Shown piece by piece: positions 39,280 to 48,060 of a stretch of DNA of 64,000 bases. Source of the stretch: Felis catus. Taxonomy: Eukaryota. How positions within the stretch are numbered: position 1 is the first letter of the stretch; the number at the start of each line of letters is the position of its first letter. The DNA is taken from NCBI RefSeq assembly GCF_018350175.1, contig NC_058383.1, forward strand, positions 19,842,001 through 19,906,000. The letters are read 5' to 3'. Under the pieces are notes generated by a model that did no database searches, was not told the origin of the DNA, and was given only the letters and a program-made list of their open reading frames with translations. The position numbers were made by a program, and so were the translations under genes.

Positions 39280-39800
39280 AATCACAAAGGAAAGCCACCT
39301 TCAGAAAGTGACTCGGTGGGTCCTTACAAAGCTAGGCACCCTTCCGTCCCAGGCAGCCATCCCACTCGTGGGTGCTCAGCAGAGTGAAGTGAGAAACTTA
39401 TGTTCATACCAAAACCTGTACGTAAGTGATTATTAGTCGTTTCGTAACGTCCCCGAGTGGGAAACAGCCCAAATGCCTCTCAACCAGAGACCTGATGGAC
39501 CATGAAACATTACTCAGCAGCAAACAACGCGGGTGAGTCACAAATGGCCAAGTGAAAGCCGCCAGGCTTGTAAGGCTGCTAGCAACGTGCGCTTCTACGT
39601 GTGTGACATTCTGGAAGACGAGGGACAGAAAACTGGCCAGCGGTGCTGGGGTGGGAGGAACTGACCGAAAGGGGCAAAAGGGGACTTTTGAGGTGCGATG
39701 GAACTATTTGGTATTGAGGGTGTGCTGACCACGTGTGCTTATCAAAAACCAGAGAACAGTACACGAAAACAAGTACATGTTACTGCACATAAGTCATGAC
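39280..39800 (+). mobile_element. Old L1M 3' fragment
   Basis: cagccatcccactcgtggg...gaaacagcccaaatgcc...tgacattctggaa. Confidence 0.65.
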
Positions 39801-40116
39801 AGGTTTGAGGTGGTCTAGAGAGGGTTAGGGGGAGGTGGCAGGAGTCCAGGTAAGGAAAACATATTCAGGCCAGCTTGTTGTAGAGCCTTGAAGGCCGTGT
39901 CAAATCCTTTGGCCCGTGGGGAAATTCGGAAGTTTTTAAGCAGTTAGGGAAGAGAAGCCAAGTTTTGTTTCAGAAAGATCGCCGTGTTCTCTATTCAGAA
40001 GCAGAAGCCTCTGTGTGTGGTTCTGAAATTGCCTTCAGAAATGTTTTCATTGACTACCCCCGCTTTTTGGAGAGAATTTGATTTTGTGACCCACGTTTGG
40101 AAATCAGGAGATTTGA

Positions 40117-40272
40117 GGCGCGCCTGTTCACGAGTTCGAGCCCCGCGTCGGGCTCTGGGCTGACAGTTCAGAGCCTGGAGGCTGATTCGGATTCTGTGTC
40201 TCCCTCTCTCTCTGCCCCTCCCCCGCTCATGCTCTCGCTGTCTCTCAAAAATAAATGTTAAAAATAGTTAAA
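40117..40272 (+). mobile_element. SINEC_Fc with internal deletion of the A-box region
   Basis: ggcgcgcctg joined directly to ttcacgagttcgagccc; 16-bp TSD aaatcaggagatttga at 40101-40116 and 40273-40288. Confidence 0.93.
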
Positions 40273-40449
40273 AAATCAGGAGATTTGACATGCAATTTTG
40301 AACTTCTGGCTTCCCCTTGTGTGGGTTGCATGCTCTCCAGTGTGCCAAAGCCCCTCCCCTGCTCCCTTGTAGCAACTTCCTGGTTCCTGCAGGTGTCAGT
40401 TTTAGACCCCAGGGCTTGAAAGTGCATTTGATGGGGAACACAGCAAGGG

Positions 40450-40610
40450 CAGAGGTGCTTCCCAGCCCTGGCTGTACATTTTCATCACCCGGGGAGCTTT
40501 AAACCCACTACTGATGCCCAGTCCAGGTCTCTGGAGTGGCCCGGGCATCTGTATCTTGTAGATATTCCCGAGGTGACTCTACTGTGCAGGCAGGGCTGGG
40601 AACCACCGGT
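40450..40610. mobile_element. MER5A-like hAT element
   Basis: atcacccggggagcttt...ctgatgccc...ggtgactctactgtgcag...ctgggaaccac. Confidence 0.7.
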
Positions 40611-41227
40611 CGGGGAGGAAGGGGCCTGGATTAGGGGGTCAGCAGTGGGGGAGGGGCGGTGTTAGGGACTGATGAAAGGTGGGGCTGAGGCAGGGGTAGA
40701 CCTCCCTCGTGATGAGGGTCCAGCCCGAACAATGGAGTGAGATGATGGCGTTTGCTGAGAAAGGAGACAGGAGGAGGTGGTCAGGGGACGGTGGTGAGCT
40801 CATGGTGGCCACTCTGTCCCCGAGCGGTCTGTGGCCTCCACACCGAGGGCTCAGTATGCAGCAGCACCTACAACTTTGCCTCTGTGTGCCCTCTGTCACC
40901 CTCTGAGATGGGAGAGCAGGGCAGCAATGGGGGTGGGGGCGGCGATGGGCGGACAGGGACCCCCTTGGGCAGGGCTGGGAGGGGCCTGGGTTGTGGGTGC
41001 TCTGTTCCCGCTAAGCGATTTTGCTGGGAGGAGAGTGGGGGAGAACGTACTCACGCTCCGGAGGAAGGGCCTCAGCAGTCCAGACACGCGATGCCCTTGA
41101 ACCCGGAACCGCTAACTCCTGAAACCTAGCAAACCATCTGCTGATCTGCCTCGACTTCTAAGCAGATGCTATGGGTCCATTGTTTTCGGTTTTTTGGTTT
41201 TTGTTTTGGTCAAGAATACTTCATCTA

Positions 41228-41431
41228 GGGGCTCCCGGGTGGCTCAGTTGGTTGAGCGTCTGACTCTTGACTTCAGCTCAGGTCGTGATCTTGCAGTCTG
41301 TGAGACTGAGCCTCGTGTCGGGCTCTGTGCTGGCATCTCGGAACCTACCTGGGTTCTCTCTCTCTCCCTCTCTCTGCCCCTCCCCCACTCACTCTGTCTC
41401 GGTCGCTCTCAAAATAAATAAAGTTAAAAAA
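41228..41431 (+). mobile_element. CAN-SINE
   Basis: ggggctcccgggtggctcagttgg head, CT region, A tail. Confidence 0.92.
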
Positions 41432-41685
41432 GCCGTTTTCACGTAATCCACATGACCCTTCTATCTGTGTATGACATAGAGGTTATCATTCCCATTTTCC
41501 AGATGAAGAAACTCAGGCTCCAAAATTGTAAGCATTTTCCCCCAGATCACCAGCCTGGAGGTAACAGAGTTGGTAGCTAAGCCCTCCTGTCACCACGGCT
41601 CTTTAGTGCGTCTGAGTTTGTCTCTGTAACCTCGGCCGGGAACACACACACGAACCTCACACCCTTTCAGCCTCTCCAGACACTT

Positions 41686-41691
41686 TTTATT
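41686..41691 (-). terminator. Candidate polyadenylation signal of the C16orf82-like transcript
   Basis: AATAAA on the minus strand followed downstream by a GT-rich stretch (gttcgtgtgtgtgtt). Confidence 0.6.
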
Positions 41692-42552
41692 GTCTCTGGT
41701 GCCCCCTCAGCTTTCCTTCTGGTACCTAGTGGATGTCTTCGTGAGTGTTCTGACCTCCGCCCCTCCGTGGACACGCTCCCTCCCCAGGGTTTTCACGGTC
41801 AGCCCCCCGGGGAAGGGCTTTATGGTCCTGAGAAGGGGCAGGCGAGCGTCCTCAGCCCTCCCACCCGTCCAGGAGACTTTTGCTAAACGGCTCAGAGCTG
41901 TCTCATCCCAGCCATGCTTGGCTGGGTTGGTTTCTGTCACCGTTAAGCATTGACCGTGGCATTGTCCTGTCATAGGAAGCAGTCCCAAGCATCTCAACCG
42001 AGGTGGTGTCTGGGCTCCTTTCTCGCCTCTATCTCCTTGGAGATGCACATCGAGACAGGGACGGGGCCTCAGGGAGCCCCGTCCGGAGCCTCTCTGGCTC
42101 TCGCAGGCAGCACATCTTGCAGAGCTTGGTAGGGATCCGGCTCCCCAGGGTTGTGGTTTCCCGTCGATGGTGCTTCCTTCGGCTGGCTCCCGACGCGGAC
42201 GGTCCCAGCCGCGGCTGGTGCTTGCTTCTCCTGAGCTCATCACGGTTGGTGTTGACCGTAGACGGTGCTCACCACTTCGCACGGTTTCTCCAGGGGAGGT
42301 TCTGACATCAGATGGTTCTAAAACAGAGCTGGCATTTGCTGCTGACCGCAATCGTCCCCACTGATGAGTTTTGGCTGGCGATCCCGCCGTGACGGTTCTC
42401 CATACAGACGGTTTTGCCACTGACGGATCCTGTTAGAGGTGGCTCGTCGCTGGGGCTCGCAGTGGAGGGTAGACCCAGCCCCCCAGGATCCTGCTGCAGC
42501 TTCAGAGTAGACGGTCGTGCCGTTGATCGCTGACGGTCACCGCAGGTGGTGC

Positions 42553-43146
42553 TTACCTTCCACAGTTCTTGCTACGCGTCACCCTGCCACCGACAGTCGT
42601 TGCTACAAACGGGGCTCTCCACCCAAGGTTCAGACGCACTGGGTGCTTTTTAAAGGCGTCTGCTTGGCCGTAACCGCTCTGGGTAAAGTCCAGGCTTGCT
42701 GGGGGTTCACGTCCAGTTTTCAAGACCCTAGTGGCCGGTGAGCCTTCTCATGCAGGCACGCACGTCTGGGCAGGCTGCTCGCCCTCGGTGGCCTGGCTTT
42801 GGCCTTGCCCCCGACCTTGGTCGCTGGCCTTGGCCTTGCCTCCGGCCCCGTCCTCCTGCAGACTGGTGTTACTTTTCACCCCGGTCTGCACGCCGCCGTC
42901 CTCCCGCGTGCCCTGGCGGCTGCTGGCCTGGCTGGAGGGAAGGCTGCTGGTGGAACTGAACAGCCCGCTACTCACCTGGTAGTTGAGGGCGCTGCTGCCC
43001 AGACTGATGAAGCTCATGCTGGTCAGGCTGCTGGCCCCGCTGCCGATGCCGCTGCTGGGCAGGCTGGTGTCACTCTTCCCCTCCAGCCTGGTCTGCTCTG
43101 TGCGCCCGGCTGCCTCCTTATCTGGCTGGGAGAGTAGGTGGCACAC
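42553..43146 (-). pseudogene. Out-of-frame, Ser-rich continuation of the TNT-like ORF (frameshifted, with in-frame TGA at 42750-42748)
   Basis: Contains SDTSL and SNTSL repeats, and after the TGA reads SLDFTQSGYGQADAFKKHPVRLN, echoing SLLDSGY...AKRHIVRLH in the main ORF. Confidence 0.5.
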
Positions 43147-43802
43147 AGCTGGCTGCTCTGGGCGCTGTCTGTCTGGGTGTTGAGACTTCTGTGCAACCTC
43201 ACGATGTGTCTCTTGGCCACCAGGCTGACCTCACTGTTCTCCTCATCCCCTGCATACCCGCTGTCCAACAGGCTGGTGTCACTGTCCCCGCATGTCCCCA
43301 GGCTGGACTGTCGCGGGCTCAGCAAGTCGCTCTCCCTTCTCCACGCGTTTCCCAGGTTGCTGCCCGGAAGTCTCAGGGGCCCCTGAGTGGCTCCTGCGTC
43401 ATGGTGTGGCCACGCGGGTGACTGGGGCTCTAAGCTGGGGGATGGGAGGCCTGGAGCTTGGTCCTGAGCATTCCAAGCAGCAGACTGCCCTGTTGTACCC
43501 TGGAGGAAAGTGAGGGACAGAGGATCTGGTTTATCCAGGGGGAGGGGACCCTGGGAGGCCTCTGAATGGTGGGTGTGGTTTGTCTGGGGGGAGAGGCGGC
43601 TCAATTTATAAGGTGGCCTTTCAAAGGGCAGTGTTCTGATTGGCTGGCCCGGTTCCCATGGTGATGGGTCTATGAGGCGGGGTGGGTGTGGGAGGGAGGA
43701 CAATGCTGTCCTGGCACCAGTTACATCAGTGGCTGGGGCTGGAGGTGGGTAGAAAAAGGACTTATGGCCAGAGAGAGGCAAGGACCACCTTCCTGGGGAC
43801 AT
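43023..43802 (-). CDS. C16orf82: C16orf82 / protein TNT-like ORF (true start uncertain: ATG 43802 lies upstream of the TATA box; candidate CTG at 43538)
   Basis: HSEASQGPLPLDKP...PSLEPQSPAWP...SGYAGDEENSEVSLV...VRLHRSLNTQ matches my recollection of human TNT (HSEASQGPLSLDKP...SPSLELQSPAWP...SGYAGDKEGSDISLV...VRLNRRLNTQ); not verified by search. Confidence 0.8.
   Translation of the reverse strand: MSPGRWSLPLSGHKSFFYPPPAPATDVTGARTALSSLPHPPRLIDPSPWEPGQPIRTLPFERPPYKLSRLSPQTNHTHHSEASQGPLPLDKPDPLSLTFLQGTTGQSAAWNAQDQAPGLPSPSLEPQSPAWPHHDAGATQGPLRLPGSNLGNAWRRESDLLSPRQSSLGTCGDSDTSLLDSGYAGDEENSEVSLVAKRHIVRLHRSLNTQTDSAQSSQLCATYSPSQIRRQPGAQSRPGWRGRVTPACPAAASAAGPAA
43604..43700 (-). promoter_or_regulatory. 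Compact Pol II promoter for the minus-strand gene
   Basis: CCACACCC and CCCCGCC at about 43692-43676, X-box-like GTTCCCATGGTGAT 43652-43665, AGCCAATCAG with CCAAT at 43643-43639, TATAAAT 43610-43604, in canonical order. Confidence 0.7.
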
Positions 43803-45184
43803 TTCCTACGGGGCCTGTGGCCTCTGCTTTGCCATATCATGACATCTGGGTGTGCCTCCTGGCTGAGCCCCTTCTGAGCTGCATTTCTTCAGGATGTCAT
43901 TGGTTACTGGTCCCACATCACACCCTACCCCTTCCTCACCTCGAGGTGCGGTCATGTGGGCTGTTTTCTTATTTGGAGCTCTTACCTGCCACAGGGACTT
44001 TGCACTGGCAAAAAAAAAAAAAAAAGTTTCTACCTGGTATGTTCTTCCCTCAGCCCCTTGGCCTTCAAGCCTCAGCTAAAGTGTCCCTGGCCTCTACAAG
44101 AACATCCCTCTGTTATTCTCTATGTCACTTTCTAACTTAGGTGCTTTATGGCATTAAGTGCAATTTGCAAGTCTTTCGATGTGTCAGTTCCTTATTGCTG
44201 GTTCCCTCTGCTCGAATATCTTTGCAAGGGCAGAGATTTTGTTTCCTTATTCTCTCGGGGAGGCTAGGACCTGTGGCCCTGGTGAGTTGGGAGCTGCTGG
44301 AGACTCGTCAGCAGTGATGAGCAGACCGGAGTTGGAGCAGGCCGCTGCATGGGGGGACGTCCGGTGGGCAGGGTGGGACAGGGAGCTGGGTGGGGCCAGT
44401 GCAGGAATCCAGGAGTGACAGGGAGGGCCCGGACCATCGAGTGGCCACAGAGTTGGGAGATCCTGGGTGTATCTAGAAGGCAGGACTCAGGGCTTGCTGA
44501 GGGGCCGTATCTGGGGGCTCGAGGAAGAGCAGGGTCAAGGCCAGCTGCGGGGTCCACGAGCCTCTGGGTGAGGGGCAGGATGGCCTTCTAGAAATGGCAC
44601 GGCCTCCTTCTGAAGCACGCCGAGCGGCATGCACCGTGGTAAGGGCTGTGAGGAAGGGCAGGGCCTAGTGTCTCAGAGGTGAGATCAGCGTGGGTTCGAG
44701 CCTCAGCTCGTCCGCTTCGGAGCCGTGCTTAGCGATGCCCCAAATGGGTGGTGGCGATTAAACCCTCCACAAACATTGGTTGAAGAGAAATGAGTGCTAA
44801 GTGTTCTGTTAGACCCTCTACAGACAGCCGGGCAGTCCCTCCTTGCTGGGCCTCACAGTCGAGAGTTGGGGGGACACACAGGTTCATTTCCAACAGAAGT
44901 GCTGTGGGGAAAATAAAACGGGGAGGCGGGGGGACGGTAGGCTGGACGGTGCTCCATGAATAGAGTGACTGCCCCTCTCCATCTTGGGACTCTGGCCTGC
45001 TGTGGTTCCACTCCCGTGTCCTCCCCCCGGGTGACATCCCGTGACCACCTCAACCTCTCTGAACCTCAGCTCCCCCAGCCGGGCGGACAGGAAACACCCA
45101 GGCTAGGGTCTGCCCCTAGGTTCACTGTGGCAGCGCTGTCCAACCTCATGGAACCTTCTATTCAAGACAGTATAAGTGTTTGCA

Positions 45185-45405
45185 TGAAAAAAAATACACA
45201 AGTGTATGTGCAAACGTACATATGTATGCATATATACCTAAGTACGTATGTGTATGGATGCAAATACATTCACGGTATGTTTACATATGAATACAGAAGA
45301 ATATGCATACGTGAGTGCACACGAGAATATATATCCACATGCGTATATGCATATGTAAGCATATCCACATGAAGACATATGCAAATATATATAAACATGC
45401 ACACA
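45185..45405. repeat. Degenerate (TA/CA/TG) low-complexity tract
   Basis: Alternating purine-pyrimidine text; a similar tract lies at 28310-28450. Confidence 0.8.
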
Positions 45406-46115
45406 CTTTTTGGAAACCACAAACCCTCCGGCTCTCAGCATCACCCTCCAGGGTGCCTACTTGCCCCCGAGGTTCCCCCTGCCGAGCTCTCTTATCCCAG
45501 AGCCTCCCCTGGGACCCTGCGATGGACCCCGTGTTCTCTTTGCTGGAGGCCCCGTTGTCTGGCTGCGTCCGGCCAAGGACCCGTGTTTGTTCACTCTGGA
45601 GCGCCCCTGTGTGCTCACCGGGCAGTGGGGTGAGTGTACTCCCCTGAGAGGCACAGCCCAGCACAGGCCGCGGCACTGGGAACTCCTGGGCCCGGTGCCA
45701 GGCTGTAGAATGACCGGGTATGGAGGACGTGTTGCACCCCGGGCACCTAGCTAGACGCTGGCATGCACTGTCTCGTTGAAGCTCATTCCATCCTTAGCCT
45801 GCCCCGAAGCCTGGCCCCTGACTGCCTGATTGGGCTGCCAGGCAGGCAGTGCTTGTCCCGGGGGTAGTGAGAGGCATTCCTGGGGGCCAGAAGTGGTGGG
45901 TACCTCCCTTCTCAGGTGCACTTGGCACTTGAGCAGGTGGTTCCAGGGATGGACCTGGGTCCCTGATGACAGGACCTTGGACTTTCTACCTTCTGCAGGG
46001 AGCAAGATGAAGCTTAGCCATGGCCTGGAGGGGTGAACTGTTCCAAAAGAAGGAAATTCTTCCTCCGAGTTGCATTCTGCCCCACCCCCAGCTGTTAAAA
46101 TTATTTAGGACATAT

Positions 46116-46117
46116 GA

Positions 46118-46169
<52 letters not shown>

Positions 46170-46362
46170 GAAGGAAAGAAAGAAAGAAAAAGAAGGAAGG
46201 AAGGAAGGAAGGAAGGAAGGAAGGAAGGAAGGAAAGAAAGAAAGAAAGAAAGAAAGAGAAAGAAAGAAAGAAAGAAGGAAAGAAAGAAAGAGAAAGAAGG
46301 AAAGAAAGAAAGAGAAAGAAAGGGGAAGTAAAGAAAGAAGAGAGAGAGAGAAAGAAAAAGGA

Positions 46363-46402
<40 letters not shown>

Positions 46403-46547
46403 AGAAGAAGGAAGGAAGGAAGGAAGAAAGGAAGGAGAGAAAGAAGAGAGAAAGAAAAAGGAAAGAGAAAGAAAGAAAGGAAAAGGAAAGAAAGAAGGAA
46501 GGAAGGAAGGAAGGAAGGAAGGAAGGAAGGAAGGAAGGAAGGAAGAA
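46116..46547. repeat. Compound (GAAA)n/(GAAG)n polypurine microsatellite, about 430 bp
   Basis: Almost pure purine strand; I see one T, at 46329. Confidence 0.98.
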
Positions 46548-46556
46548 GACATTACA

Positions 46557-46757
46557 GGGGCTTCTGGATGGTTCAGTTGGTTAAGCATCTGACTTTTGAT
46601 TTTGGCTCAGGTCATGATCTTGGGGTTGTGAGATCAAGCCCTGTGTCGGGCTCCATGCTGAGTGAGAAGCCTGTTTGGGATTCTCTCTCTCACCTTCTCC
46701 CTCTGCCCACCCCTCCCCACCCCCCCAACTCTCTCTCACTATAAAAAAAAGAAAAAA
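46557..46757 (+). mobile_element. CAN-SINE (diverged)
   Basis: Head ggggcttctggatggttcagttgg; TSD aagaaga(c/g)attac. Confidence 0.9.
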
Positions 46758-47734
46758 GAAGAGATTACTGATAAACCTCCAAACCCATCTACCCCTCCCC
46801 ATTCTCTCTCCGTGGCAGTCCAGAATCTTACGCTCGACATTGAATCTGACGCACGTCTCTGTACTTGGGGGTAGAAGAGGACGTACCCCTAAGCCAACAT
46901 GGAATTGTGTCGCATGCTATCAATCTTGATATAAATGGCGTTCTTGATGTGTGCTTTTCCAACTTACGCTGAACACCACGTGCGACTCCTCTGTGCTGTG
47001 TCGCAGCTCAAGTTCACCTCCCGTACTGTAGGGTATCCTATTGATGAGCGTCGTGATTCGTCCATTCTAACTGGTGAGCATTTAGGTTGCTTCCCCCTTT
47101 TCCCTTGCGATAGGCGTGCCTTTAAGTGTCTCTGACATGATGTTTCCCCTGCAAATTTCTGAGAAGTGTCCTCCCAGACTAAGAAAGCTTCCAGTCATTT
47201 TAATTGCACGTAACGAACAGAGCAGACACTTCTCCTCAACAGTCGGGCCTCATCTTCCATCTGAATGTTTCTATGAGGTTCGGCTTAGGGATGGGATGAA
47301 TCACTGGGGCATCTGTGGCCTGCATTATTGGGCCGTAAAACATGGCCCTTACGAATGTTCAGCTTTAGCTGAAGATGAGGTCACAGGGCTGCCCCCTTGG
47401 GCGGGGATGAGGGGTGGGGGACAGCAGGAAGCAGGGGGACGCTGGGGTGGCCGAAAGCGGGTGACCCTCTCTCAGGGCTCGTCACCCAGCTCCCGTTAGC
47501 TGTGGCAAGACCCCATCTTGTGGTCTTCATTGTGGACTCAGCGTGTGGAGGAGGGGGTGGGGTGGGGGAGGGCGGAGGAGAAGCAGCCTGAGGATGAGGA
47601 GGGGCAAGAATATTCCCTAGAGCAAGTATGAGAACCGCACAGCAAAGTAACCAGCAAGCGCTCAGAGGTCTGAGTTCAAATCCTCGCAATGCTGCTTATC
47701 AGCTGTGTGATCCCTGGTGGCTTACCTAACCTTT

Positions 47735-48060
47735 CTGTCTCAGTTTGGGTTCCCTCAAGAGCAGCCTTAAGGCCTGGGCTTGGATCCAGTAGTTTATTTG
47801 TGGGGGGGGGTCCCAAGAAGCCCCGTGAAGAGGTGGGGCTGCAAGACAGGGAAGGCAGGGAAGCCAGTAATGGGGGCGTTCCAGAGAATGTGGGAGTCGG
47901 CTTGGGCCTCTCAGAGGCTGAATGGAGCACATCTCAGGGGCCTGGGGGTTTAGCCACGGGCTCCCTGAGCAAACCCCTGTGATGCCTGAGGAGCCCTGAG
48001 GCAGAGGAGGGCAGAGGGAGATGGAGCACAGGTGCACGCTGGGGGGAGAAGCCATCACTC
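47735..48060. mobile_element. LTR33-like ERVL LTR fragment
   Basis: tgtctcagtttgggttccctcaagagcag...agtagtttatttg resembles a remembered consensus. Confidence 0.5.

Noticed and set aside
42976..43499. Possible 524-nt internal exon (ttcctccag|GGT acceptor, CAG|GTGAGT donor) on the minus strand
   Set aside because: Both sites look good, but TNT similarity continues upstream of the acceptor, the repeat motif continues past the donor, and I found no partner exons. A single-exon model is preferred, although splicing is not excluded.
45986..46588. Long K/E/R-rich (plus) and F/L/S-rich (minus) ORFs
   Set aside because: Translations of the (GAAA)/(GAAG) microsatellite, which lacks stop codons by composition.
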